From contig JANRKS010000011.1 in assembly GCA_033763315.1 (NCBI GenBank), positions 96,001 to 160,000 on the forward strand: a stretch of 64,000 nucleotides of DNA, written 5' to 3'. Of this stretch, positions 1-9,346 are shown in pieces. The stretch comes from Deltaproteobacteria bacterium (GTDB taxonomy: Bacteria > Myxococcota_A > Polyangia > Fen-1088). The notes beneath the pieces were generated by a model. It saw only the letters and a list, made by a program, of their open reading frames with translations, searched no databases and was not told where the DNA came from. The position numbers were made by a program, and so were the translations under genes. Position 1 is the stretch's first letter; each line of letters opens with the position of its first letter.

Positions 1-2
1 AA

Positions 3-731
3 CTTTACGGCTTGCGTGGCCTGGTGTTCGATTGGAAGGGCCCTGAGAATCTGTCGCGCGCCCTGCGCCTGTGTTTCTCGTCGATTTTGGGCAAGTTCAT
101 GGCCCAAGGCGATGCAGCGCCTCGCGATGGGCACAAAAAGCGCATCGGTCGTGGCGTGCCCTCAAACTTCTTTGGCCGCCGCGTGAACGAGTTGGTGTCG
201 CAACTTGAGTCGTTGCGAGCCGACGTGCCCGAGGGCACCCCCGCGCCGCGCATTCACCAAGGCGACGCACGCGAACTTAAGCCCATCAAATCAGCTTCGG
301 CAAACTTGGTGCTCACGTCGCCGCCTTATGCCGGCGTTTATGACTACGGCGCGATCCACGCCAGCCGCTTCGCGTGGTTGGGCCTCGATCCACGCCCGCT
401 GTATGCCAAGCAAGTGGGCGTGCGCGCCCGGGGCCTCGGCGCTGAACCGGGCGCGTGGGAGCAAGCCCGCAAGGCTTGGTTGTCGCAAATCGCCCGCGTG
501 TTGGTGCCCGGCGGCCATGCGATCGTCGTCGTGGGTGATGGTGTTGTGGGCGAGAACGCCGAAAACGTACAATCGGCCATCTGGGCTGTGGCGCCCGAGG
601 TGGGCCTCACGCCCCTGGCCTTCGCTAGCCAACCACGCCCCAGCCACGACAAACGCATCCGCGACATCTTCGGCGACGTCCCAAGGCGCGAACACGTGCT
701 TGTGCTCCGCAAAGACGAGCCAAAGGTGTAG
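3..731 (+). CDS. Amino-methyltransferase (N4-C/N6-A DNA MTase-like or TRM11-like), 5' truncated by window edge
   Basis: Frame open from the window start; HQGDAREL followed by motif IV LVLTSPPY and RVLVPGG; the FxGxG motif is presumably upstream of the window. Confidence 0.7.
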   Translation, partial: LYGLRGLVFDWKGPENLSRALRLCFSSILGKFMAQGDAAPRDGHKKRIGRGVPSNFFGRRVNELVSQLESLRADVPEGTPAPRIHQGDARELKPIKSASANLVLTSPPYAGVYDYGAIHASRFAWLGLDPRPLYAKQVGVRARGLGAEPGAWEQARKAWLSQIARVLVPGGHAIVVVGDGVVGENAENVQSAIWAVAPEVGLTPLAFASQPRPSHDKRIRDIFGDVPRREHVLVLRKDEPKV

Positions 732-880
732 GGGGCGGCGCCGGTCCACCCGCTGAGATGGCCGCAGGTCATCGGCACTCGCTCGTGATACTCTGGGAAC
801 GTGTCTGGAGCCTTTGGCACCGCGGCCAACCTGTCCGTGTTTCAGCGGGAACAATCATCGATGATGGTCCAGGTGAACAC

Positions 881-1138
881 ATGAGATACATGTTGCTTTG
901 TGCCTTGAGCCTGATCCTGCTCAACGGCTGCCAAAGGCACCCGCCGGTTAAGGCTGCAGATCTCCAGGACGAGGATGCGATGTGGCGTGAACTCTTGGCC
1001 TCGATCGACGGGGAGCACGCTGTCATCTCCATCACGACGATTTGCGGTCCCCACTGTGAGGAATCCTCGATGGCGCTCTTCGACAGCTCGAAGGGCAAAT
1101 GGCGCCTCGTGAGCCGAAAAGTTGTCTCAGTGACTTAA
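881..1138 (+). CDS. Small hypothetical lipoprotein (possibly truncated)
   Basis: AGGTG SD then ATG 881; MRYMLLCALSLILLNG-C lipobox; 85 aa. Confidence 0.5.
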   Translation: MRYMLLCALSLILLNGCQRHPPVKAADLQDEDAMWRELLASIDGEHAVISITTICGPHCEESSMALFDSSKGKWRLVSRKVVSVT

Positions 1139-1161
1139 CCCACGCTATCCGACGATTGATG

Positions 1162-1551
1162 TCATGCCCACTGCACGCGGACATCTGGGTAGCGAGTAAA
1201 GATCCTGTCCCGAGAAATCAGCTCGGCACTGTGTTCGATCGCAGTGGCGATGATGATACGGTCGATCGGGTCGCGGTGGATCTCGGGCAGAGCCGCCGAT
1301 CTTGCGGCGATGGTCGGAGTCAACGGCAGCAAACCAATGCGCGACCCTTCCAATGCAAGTTTCAGAAAATCAGTTATCGGCAAGGGAAGGGCAATACGCC
1401 TTTTCTTCTCAAGCCAAGCGACTTCAAGGCATGAAACCGCCGACACAGACACAGTGTCACTGGCATCGATTCTTTGCTTTACCGCATCGGGGAGGTCAAC
1501 GGTGTTGCCTTGTATCCACCAAAGCCAGGCATGAGTGTCGAGGACTATCAC
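1162..1551 (-). CDS. vapC: PIN-domain toxin (VapC family)
   Basis: IVLDTHAWLWW, VSAVSCLEVAWL, HRDPIDRIIIATA, LISRD acidic PIN motifs; GTG start at 1551. Confidence 0.92.
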   Translation of the reverse strand: MIVLDTHAWLWWIQGNTVDLPDAVKQRIDASDTVSVSAVSCLEVAWLEKKRRIALPLPITDFLKLALEGSRIGLLPLTPTIAARSAALPEIHRDPIDRIIIATAIEHSAELISRDRIFTRYPDVRVQWA

Positions 1552-1575
1552 GATGCACAAACGTACGCGGGTTTA

Positions 1576-1800
1576 TTAGGATCCGATCGTCCAATCGTCT
1601 TCATCGATCGCTGGCCCCATCACGTCCCCGAGGATCTGAAGATTGGCAACACCGGCTGCAGGCTTTCGCTTCGCAGTGGCCGGCGGAAGATTCTCCAACA
1701 CCAGGAAGATGGCCTCAACGCGGGCCAGTGGCGGCAGTGCGGGGGTGCCTGTTAGTCGCCCTTGATCGTCGGTTTCCAAAAGGACGCGATGAGCTTCCAT
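1576..1800 (-). CDS. Putative antitoxin (VapB-like)
   Basis: 74 aa ORF directly upstream of vapC; swapped-hairpin-like N-terminus and acidic C-terminus ILGDVMGPAIDEDDW. Confidence 0.7.
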   Translation of the reverse strand: MEAHRVLLETDDQGRLTGTPALPPLARVEAIFLVLENLPPATAKRKPAAGVANLQILGDVMGPAIDEDDWTIGS

Positions 1801-1806
1801 GATGAT

Positions 1807-1818
1807 GTAACGTTACCA
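1807..1818 (-). promoter_or_regulatory. Extended -10 (TGgTAACGT) overlapped by palindrome GTAACGTTAC; probable TA promoter/operator
   Basis: 10-bp perfect palindrome 1807-1816, 6 nt upstream of the antitoxin ATG. Confidence 0.45.
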
Positions 1819-2039
1819 TGTTCTGGTCGAGGAATGAGTGACGCCGGCACTCGATAGCGGACCGGCGGCGTTTGACCCGATGCGTGAGCTGCGCAGCTCA
1901 TGGGTCCCATCAAGCTACCTTTGTGCGCGATGATTGGACGGCCCAATGTTCTCAAGACCACCGGGCCACGGAGTGGACGCTCACGCGCGGCGGCGGGGTG
2001 CCCGTCAATAGAGCCGTCGTGCTACGAGGGGCCTTGAGC

Positions 2040-4967
2040 CTACTTCTGCGCCGTCTTGTCCACGGCCCGCGTGCCGCCTTCCGGCAGCAGCACGCCCTTG
2101 ATGAAGTGCTTCGTATCGAACACTTTGCGAGCGGTGTCACGGAGGCGCGTGGTGCTGATTGTATCGATGAGGGCAGGGAACTCGATGATGTGTTGCGGGT
2201 CGTCGCCATACCTCATCGCATCGGCAATCTCTTTGATCCAAAAGCCGTTGCTCTTCAGGTTCACCTCGTGTTGGCGCTGTTCTGCCATTTTGATCTTTGT
2301 GGTGTAGTCGTCGCCCAGTCCCTCGGCCTTGATCTTTTCGAGCTCAGCCAACACCGCCGCCGTCAACGCTTCCGTGCGCTCCGGTGCGCAGCCAAACCAA
2401 ATCGCCACCTCAAACTCAGATGTGGGCCGCCGGGTCAGCTCGCCCCGGACGTTGACGCTGTAACTGCCTGAGAGATCCTCGCGTACCACTTCGCGCAACC
2501 GAATCTCCACCGCGTCGGCCAAACTGCTCACGTCGAATTCAGCTTGTCGCGACCACGGCATCGAGCCAGTGAATGTCAATTGCACATCGGCACGTGGCTC
2601 AACGCCTTGGCGCACCTCCAGCTTGTGTGATCCGCGTGCCAAACGAGCTTTGATGTCTTTCCACGTCTCTTTGCGAACCTTTTTCGCCTGTGTGCCGGGC
2701 AGGGCGGCCAGATACGTTTGCACCAAGGGACGCAACGTTTCTGGATCCACATTGCCCACGATCACGAACGTCATGTCGTGAACGTCGGCGAAACGATCTT
2801 TATAGATGGCCAATGCCTTATTCATGTCCACCGCTTCGACGTCGGCCACCGTTGGCGGCAGCCTTCGCCGGTGGCGGTTGTAAAGCACGGTGCTAAGGGC
2901 GTCTCGAAACGCGGTTCGAGGATCGGAAGCTCGGTTTTGCAGCATGTTCACTTGCCGGGCTTTCCAGGCGGCGAACGCCTCAGCGTCCACGCGTGGTTCC
3001 GTGACGGTGAGATAGATAAGTTCAAACAGGGTGCTCAGATCCTTGACGGCACTTGAACCCCACAATCCCTCTTCCAGCTCATCAAGAACGGCTGACACTG
3101 AAACCAACTTGCCTGCCAAGGCCTTGCTTAGTTGCACAGGGCTGAAATCGGCAAGGCCACCTTCGTCGACCACGCTGTTCGCGTAGCGGGCGTTCACGTA
3201 ATCGGCATCTTTGACCAACGAAGTGCCGCCAGGGCTGAAGGCTTGCACCAACACGCGATCGTTTTGAAAGTCGGTGGGCTTGAAAGCCACGCGCACGCCA
3301 TTTGATAACGTCCACACCGTGACGCCTATGGCGGGCAGTTGCTTTTCACCGGTGATCCGTCCGGCTTGCGGCGGTTGCCGCACCAGGGGCCCCGTTGCCA
3401 CTTTATCCACGTACGCCGTGGTGGGTTCGGCGCTCGCCTTTTGCACCGTCGCAAGCAATTCCTTGTCGCTGGGCAGCGTTGCGGTTGCCGGCGCGGAAAC
3501 CATCAACGCGCGGTTGGCGGGGCTATTCCATGCGGCCGCCAATTGATTTAATTCGCCGAGCTGCATGCTGCCCAAGAACCGCTCATGCATCGCCAATTCG
3601 GCTTCGATGCCCGGCATTGCTTCACCGTTTAGGAAGTGGCGCACGATCTCGTCAGCGAAGACGCGCGAAGGCGTTTTGAGCCGCTCTTCCACGTGGCTCT
3701 GCATGGACCGCAGCGTGCTGATGCGCGCGCGATCAAATTCTGTTTGCGTGAACCCGTGCGTTGCCACGCGCGTGAGCTCTCGCGTGAGGGCCGCCAAAGC
3801 CGTTTGCACGCCGTCAGGCTTCACCGAGGCCGCTTGCAAAATGAGATCGGCCGCGTGGCCAAACGGAAACGATACCGACGATGCACCCAGAAACGGCGCG
3901 TTCGCCGCTTGTGACAGCTCCGCCAAACGCGCGTTGAGCATCTCGTGAAACACGTTCTCCACCACCATGCGGCGGTAGTCGCGCGCGCTGCCTTGCGGGC
4001 GTGGCGGCAGCGTCAGCACCATCGTCAATGAGGTGTCGGTCAGCTCCTTGTCGGTCACAAGGCTCACCTTCGTGTCTGTGTGCCCGGGCGTTGCAAAAAC
4101 GGGTTTGGGTCGTGCGTTCGCTGGGTTTGTCAGCGGCCCAAACTGTGTCTCGATTTGCTGCTTGATCGCCTGCGGATCAAAGTCGCCCACGGCCACCACG
4201 GCCATCAGGTTGGGCCGGTACCAGTCTTTGTAGAATCGCTTGATCGTCCCGAGATCCGCTGATTCCAGCGTTTTCTTGTCGCCAATGGGCGCCCGTTCCG
4301 CATAGCGGCTGCCGAAAAACAACACCGGCAATTGTTTGTCTTGCACGCGTGTCTCCGCGTCGCGCCCGCTGCGCCACTCTTCGATCACCACGCCACGCTC
4401 TTTGTTCGTCTCTTCAGGATCAAAGGCGATGTCACTGGCGAACTGCTGCAAGATCTGAATGCCTTGCGCGACCAGCTCGGGTTTGTCTGTGGGCACCGAA
4501 AGCGTGTAAACAGTTTCATCGAAGCTTGTATATGCGTTGGTGTGCATGCCAAACCGCATGCCCATTTTCTCAAGCACATTCACGATCTCCTGCTTCGCAA
4601 ACTTCTTCGTGCCGTTGAAGGCCATGTGTTCGATGAGGTGGGCCAAACCACGCTGGTCGTCATCTTCCAGAACCGAGCCCGCGGCCACCGCTAAGTACAG
4701 CGACGCGCGCTTTTCGGGTTTCGCATTTTTGCGAATGAAGTATGTGAGGCCATTGGCCAACTGGCCTTTCTCCACAGCTTTATCAAGCGGAAGGAGGGCC
4801 GCCTCGGGGTCAGGAGCGGCTGTTCTTGTGGCCGCTGGGGAGCCGGCGCTTGCGGCGGGCGGCGCCTGCGGCGGTGACGTTGCACATCCGGCGCATGCGA
4901 GGAAAATGGCCGAAATTGCGGCAAACACGGACAGGAAAGGGCGAGGCCGAACGTAGTCTTTGGTCAT
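2040..4967 (-). CDS. M16 family zinc protease (PqqL-like), lipoprotein
   Basis: GLAHLIEHMAFNG (HxxEH), NAYTSFDETVY, ERGVVIEEWR; two M16 halves; lipobox LACAG-C. Confidence 0.92.
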   Translation of the reverse strand: MTKDYVRPRPFLSVFAAISAIFLACAGCATSPPQAPPAASAGSPAATRTAAPDPEAALLPLDKAVEKGQLANGLTYFIRKNAKPEKRASLYLAVAAGSVLEDDDQRGLAHLIEHMAFNGTKKFAKQEIVNVLEKMGMRFGMHTNAYTSFDETVYTLSVPTDKPELVAQGIQILQQFASDIAFDPEETNKERGVVIEEWRSGRDAETRVQDKQLPVLFFGSRYAERAPIGDKKTLESADLGTIKRFYKDWYRPNLMAVVAVGDFDPQAIKQQIETQFGPLTNPANARPKPVFATPGHTDTKVSLVTDKELTDTSLTMVLTLPPRPQGSARDYRRMVVENVFHEMLNARLAELSQAANAPFLGASSVSFPFGHAADLILQAASVKPDGVQTALAALTRELTRVATHGFTQTEFDRARISTLRSMQSHVEERLKTPSRVFADEIVRHFLNGEAMPGIEAELAMHERFLGSMQLGELNQLAAAWNSPANRALMVSAPATATLPSDKELLATVQKASAEPTTAYVDKVATGPLVRQPPQAGRITGEKQLPAIGVTVWTLSNGVRVAFKPTDFQNDRVLVQAFSPGGTSLVKDADYVNARYANSVVDEGGLADFSPVQLSKALAGKLVSVSAVLDELEEGLWGSSAVKDLSTLFELIYLTVTEPRVDAEAFAAWKARQVNMLQNRASDPRTAFRDALSTVLYNRHRRRLPPTVADVEAVDMNKALAIYKDRFADVHDMTFVIVGNVDPETLRPLVQTYLAALPGTQAKKVRKETWKDIKARLARGSHKLEVRQGVEPRADVQLTFTGSMPWSRQAEFDVSSLADAVEIRLREVVREDLSGSYSVNVRGELTRRPTSEFEVAIWFGCAPERTEALTAAVLAELEKIKAEGLGDDYTTKIKMAEQRQHEVNLKSNGFWIKEIADAMRYGDDPQHIIEFPALIDTISTTRLRDTARKVFDTKHFIKGVLLPEGGTRAVDKTAQK

Positions 4968-5161
4968 GTCGTGGAGCGCCAGGTTGCGGTTTAGGCGCGC
5001 TTGCGCGCCCGCGGTTTTGATTTTGGTCCTACATGTCGTTGAGACGACCGCTACTTTGTCACACGATCAACCCGTTCTTCGACTAAACTATTTCGTTCAT
5101 GGCGGTGTGGCAGCCGCCCTCCTCGAGTTTTTTCGAGCGTTTTCAAGGAAGGAAGTTCTCC

Positions 5162-6025
5162 ATGAGAAGCCCCATTCAACGCGCCAGCGTTTGTTTCTTT
5201 TCGATGGCAGCCGCGGCGCTTGTGGTCGCTTGCGGCGCAGACACCACCGGTGGCGGCGATGGCGCTGGCTCGACCTCCGGCAGCGGGTCCACGTCTGGGG
5301 GAGGCTCGGCCTCCGGCAAGGGCGGCTTTAACATCCAATTCCCTGACGACCGGGGCGGGGGCGGCAACCAGGGAGGGGGCGGCTCCGGAACGAATTCGGA
5401 AGGCTGCGGCGTGATCGTCGCCACCGTGCGCGACCTCAAGGATTCGCATGCTGACTTCGAGAAGGATGAGTACAACAAAGGCCTCACGAAGGGCCTGGTC
5501 AAAGCCCAACTTGACGGCCAAAGGCTGCCCGAATACGCCCACGACAAGGCCACCGTGATCACGAGCCAGGCCACGTTCTCACAGTGGTACCGTGACACCA
5601 ACGACGTGAACATGAAGTTCTCCGTGCCACTGCCGCTAAAACAAGAGGCGCCGGGGCTGTTCGTGTTCGACAACGACGCATTTTTTCCCTTGGACAATAA
5701 AGGTTTTGGCAACCAGGGCCGCGTGCACAACTTCCACTTCACCACCGAGATCCGCGGCGGCTTCATCTATAAAGGTGGCGAGAAGTTTACCTTCAAGGGT
5801 GACGATGACGTGTGGGTGTTTGTGAACGGAAAACTTGCCTTGGATCTCGGCGGCGTACACGGTGTGAACACCGAAACCATCGACTTCGACGCGATGGCGG
5901 GCACATTGGGGATCAAAAAGGGCAACACCTACAGCTTCGATGTGTTTCACGCCGAACGCCACACGAGCGCGTCGCACTTTCGCATGGAAACGACCGTGGA
6001 GTGTCTAACAGTCACCGTGCTTTAG
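5162..6025 (+). CDS. Fibro-slime (PA14-like) domain lipoprotein
   Basis: FSQWYRD, FFPLD..GFG, NFHFTTE, FTFKGDDDVWVFVNGKLALDLGGVH, FHAERH; lipobox LVVA-C plus Gly/Ser linker. Confidence 0.88.
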   Translation: MRSPIQRASVCFFSMAAAALVVACGADTTGGGDGAGSTSGSGSTSGGGSASGKGGFNIQFPDDRGGGGNQGGGGSGTNSEGCGVIVATVRDLKDSHADFEKDEYNKGLTKGLVKAQLDGQRLPEYAHDKATVITSQATFSQWYRDTNDVNMKFSVPLPLKQEAPGLFVFDNDAFFPLDNKGFGNQGRVHNFHFTTEIRGGFIYKGGEKFTFKGDDDVWVFVNGKLALDLGGVHGVNTETIDFDAMAGTLGIKKGNTYSFDVFHAERHTSASHFRMETTVECLTVTVL

Positions 6026-6142
6026 CGCAACTGTTGTTGCGTCACTCGGCGTGCAGTGACGGCGCTGCGCTGCCCGAAGTTATCTCCTATGACTAAAGAT
6101 GCTTAAAATACGCGACTTGCCTATATAATTGGTCAGTCGTGA

Positions 6143-6158
6143 TGGCTCGCACCTTGCA
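6143..6158 (+). promoter_or_regulatory. Putative sigma54 (-24/-12) promoter
   Basis: TGGCTC-GCACC-TTGCA with GG-N10-GC spacing, about 50 nt before the DUF1592 gene, downstream of an AT-rich tract. Confidence 0.6.
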
Positions 6159-6209
6159 AAGCCATGAGCGTATCCCTTCAGTCCGGGAGCCTTCAAGATG
6201 AGGAACGAC

Positions 6210-7919
6210 ATGAAGTTGAGTCGATCTCGCGCCCGTACCGTTGGCGGCGCTTCAAGGCAACCGGTTGCCTTTATGTTGGTGGGGTTTTGTCTTGCGGCTT
6301 GCACGGGCAGTGTCGGCTCTGACATCGACGGCGCGGAGCCCAGCGGCCAAGGCGGAAGTGGAAAGGGCGGCAGCGCCGGCAGCCAAGGCGGCGCTGAAGG
6401 TCCGGTGTCGCAATCGCCATCAGACTACAACAAAAGCTCCGAATTGCGGCGTCTGACGCGCGCCGAATACACCAACACCATTTTTGATTTGTTGGGCGTT
6501 GATGTGAGCAAGGATGATCGTCCGAAAGAACTCATCATCCAGGGCTACAGCGAAATCGCCGGCGCCCAAAAGCTGGGCTACGAGGACAGCAACGCGTTTT
6601 TGAACCTGGGCGATAAGGTGGCTGCGGCCACCGCCACCAAGTTGGACGCCGACATGAAATGCGCTGATAAGGCGTGCCTGCGCACCTGGGCGTCAGGCTT
6701 CTTGCTGCGCGCCTTCCGTGAACCGCCCAGCGACGCCTTGGTGGATCGTTATGCGGCCATTCTGAGCGCCGCCGATGCGGGCGGCACACAAGTGGAACGG
6801 GTCACCGCGTTCGTCTCGGCGGTGCTGAGTTCGCCGCATTTTCTTTATCGCAAAGAATTGGGTGCCACCGCCGTTTCAGGCGATGCCAGCGTGCGCGCCA
6901 TGAACCCCTATCACGTGGCTTCCCGGCTTTCGTATATGGTGTGGCAGTCGATGCCCGACGCGCAGTTGTTCGCGGCGGCCGATAAGAAAACGCTGCTTGA
7001 TCCCGCCGCGCGCAAAAGCGAATTGACGCGCATGTTGATGGATCCGCGCGCGCGCAAGGGGCTGCGTGCCTTCGTTGCCGATTGGATGGGTGTGTTCGAG
7101 AACAATCTGGGCAAGAAGGCCCCAGCCGTGTTGATGGGCACCAGTGCCGACTTGCCCACGGTCGCCGCAAAAGCGTTCGACATGCTGGTGGATGAGGTGC
7201 TCACCACCGCCAGCAGTCCGAAATTTTCTGATTTGCTCAAGACGGACCAAGCCTTCGCCAACGAGAACTTGGGCGCGGTGCTTGGCGTGACTGTCACGGG
7301 AACGGATTTGAAAAAGGTCACGGTCCCCGCCAAAGATCGATTGGGCGTTTTGACCAACCCGATGGTCATAGGTGCACACAGCAAGGAAAGCGGCGCTTCG
7401 CCGTTTCCGATCGGAAAGTTCGTTTACGAGAACGTTTTGTGTGAATCGATCCCACCGCCGCCCGCCAGTTTCCCACCTGTGGAGGACAACGCCACCGGGC
7501 AAACCTTGCGGCAAAAGCTGGAGTCCATGACGGCGAACGAACCGTGCCTTTCGTGTCACAAGCGCATCGGACCCCCAGGCTTTTCGTTCTTGCCCTTCGA
7601 TCCTGTGGGGCGTTTCAAGAACACTGACGCCAAGGGGCAGCCTTTCGATACGACGGGAACACTGCTGTTCGAGGATGACGCGAAGATGCCGTTCACCAGC
7701 GCCGCCGACCTTGGCAGCAAATTGGCCTCGCGGCCCGAGGCCCAAAAGTGCATCGCGCGCCGTTTGTTCCGCTGGACGTTTGGGCGTTTCGAGGCTGATG
7801 GCGACGCGGGTGCTGTTTCAAGCTTCGAGAAGGCTGCCGTGGATAGCTCGTCAGGCGTTGCAGAAACCCTGCAGCAAATCGTTGCGGCACCCAGTTTCAC
7901 CCAAGTGCGGGTTCGCTAA
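6210..7919 (+). CDS. DUF1587/1592/1595/1588/1585 domain lipoprotein with one CxxCH (module 1)
   Basis: LRRLTRAEYTNTIFDLLG, LSSPHFLYR, ASRLSYMVWQSMPD, LCESIPPPP, CLSCH; lipobox LAA-C. Confidence 0.88.
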   Translation: MKLSRSRARTVGGASRQPVAFMLVGFCLAACTGSVGSDIDGAEPSGQGGSGKGGSAGSQGGAEGPVSQSPSDYNKSSELRRLTRAEYTNTIFDLLGVDVSKDDRPKELIIQGYSEIAGAQKLGYEDSNAFLNLGDKVAAATATKLDADMKCADKACLRTWASGFLLRAFREPPSDALVDRYAAILSAADAGGTQVERVTAFVSAVLSSPHFLYRKELGATAVSGDASVRAMNPYHVASRLSYMVWQSMPDAQLFAAADKKTLLDPAARKSELTRMLMDPRARKGLRAFVADWMGVFENNLGKKAPAVLMGTSADLPTVAAKAFDMLVDEVLTTASSPKFSDLLKTDQAFANENLGAVLGVTVTGTDLKKVTVPAKDRLGVLTNPMVIGAHSKESGASPFPIGKFVYENVLCESIPPPPASFPPVEDNATGQTLRQKLESMTANEPCLSCHKRIGPPGFSFLPFDPVGRFKNTDAKGQPFDTTGTLLFEDDAKMPFTSAADLGSKLASRPEAQKCIARRLFRWTFGRFEADGDAGAVSSFEKAAVDSSSGVAETLQQIVAAPSFTQVRVR

Positions 7920-7933
7920 CGCGAGGTGAATTC

Positions 7934-9346
7934 ATGATCAATCAATCTCGACGTAAACTCATTGCACAAGCGGGTGCCTGGCCTTTGCTTTGGCCATTGG
8001 TGCAACACGGGATGGCGCGCGCCGCTGGTGACGTGGTGCCCAAGCGTGTGGTGGTGATCTTCAGTCCCAATGGTCCTATCACCCGCGGCGGCATTGCGAG
8101 CGGCACGGAAACAAATTTCACCATCAACGACTATTGGGCCCCGCTGCAGCGCCACAAGGCGGACGGTTGCTTCTTCGTCGGGTGTCATCAAGCCGGCGTG
8201 CCTTTTGGCAAACACAACGAGTACGGCCATCAGTCTGGTGGAACGGGCGCGCTCACCGCGCGAACCACGGAAGGCACCAACAACTCCACCGGCCCATCGT
8301 TGGATCAGTTCATCGGGCAAGAGCTGCAGAAGGCAGGCATCGTCACACCGAAGCGTTCGATCTTGATGGGCTTGCATAAGAACGTGGGCAACTGGGGCCC
8401 TTGGTATGAAGCGGCGGGCAAGCCTGCGCTGCCGATGGTCGATCCTTACAAGATCTTGGCTGACATCATGCCTTCGGTGACGGCGGCCTCGGGCGGAACA
8501 AGCACACCAGCGGTTGATAAGGTTCTGCTGCGCAAGAACTTCGTCTTGGACGCCATCTACAAAGACTGCAAGGAGCTGGCGGGCAGTCTTGGCAGCGACG
8601 CCAAGGCGTTGCTCGACTTTCATTGCGGCAACATCGAGTCGCTGCAAAAGAGCGTGGCAAAGTCGATATCAGCCGCGCCCATGAGCGGCCCGGCGTGTGT
8701 GGCGCCCACGAAGCCTAACACAACGTTGGCGTCCACCGCCAATTTCGAGCAAGCCGACAACCGCGATGAAATCATGAAAGCGTTCACCGATCTGGTGGCG
8801 TTGTCGTTCAGCTGCGACGTCACGCGCGTGGTGGGCATATCGTTTGGTGAAACCGCTTCGCGCTTTGCGATCCCTGCCAAATATGGCGTTGGCAGCGCGG
8901 CGCAGGTGGATTCCGGCGACTCGGGCCCCCAGCACCACGCGTGGACGCACACCTACAACAACGGCCCCGAAAAGCAGATGGCTTTGAAGCTGTTCTATAA
9001 CTGGTACGCCGAAAAGGTGGCTCTGCTGATCGATAAGCTTAAAACGACGATGGATGCCAACGGCAAACCGTTGATGGATACCACGCTTGTGATCTGGACG
9101 TCCGAACTGGGGGGCAAGGACAATGACCTTGAGCCTCATCCAAACCACAACATCCCTGTATCAATGTTTGGCAACAGCCAAGGCGCGTTCAAAACCGGCC
9201 GTCTCTACAGCACCAAGGATCCGCAAGACAAGTCGGCCTTGGTGCTGCACTCTCTGTTCGTTTCGGCGATTCAACACGCTGGCCTCACGAACATCAACAC
9301 GTTTGGTAACCAAGGCACGGGCGGCCTCGCTTGGCTTAAGGGTTAG
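7934..9346 (+). CDS. DUF1552 (HXXSHH) Tat-exported protein (module 1)
   Basis: SRRKLI twin-arginine signal; FSPNG, GPSLDQ, SCDVTRV, QHHAWTH, WTSELG; GAGGTG SD. Confidence 0.88.
   Translation: MINQSRRKLIAQAGAWPLLWPLVQHGMARAAGDVVPKRVVVIFSPNGPITRGGIASGTETNFTINDYWAPLQRHKADGCFFVGCHQAGVPFGKHNEYGHQSGGTGALTARTTEGTNNSTGPSLDQFIGQELQKAGIVTPKRSILMGLHKNVGNWGPWYEAAGKPALPMVDPYKILADIMPSVTAASGGTSTPAVDKVLLRKNFVLDAIYKDCKELAGSLGSDAKALLDFHCGNIESLQKSVAKSISAAPMSGPACVAPTKPNTTLASTANFEQADNRDEIMKAFTDLVALSFSCDVTRVVGISFGETASRFAIPAKYGVGSAAQVDSGDSGPQHHAWTHTYNNGPEKQMALKLFYNWYAEKVALLIDKLKTTMDANGKPLMDTTLVIWTSELGGKDNDLEPHPNHNIPVSMFGNSQGAFKTGRLYSTKDPQDKSALVLHSLFVSAIQHAGLTNINTFGNQGTGGLAWLKG

Noticed and set aside
731-2040. Possible integron cassette array or IS around the TA pair
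   Set aside because: No attC-like RYYYAAC...GTTRRRY hairpins, integrase, transposase or terminal inverted repeats recognised
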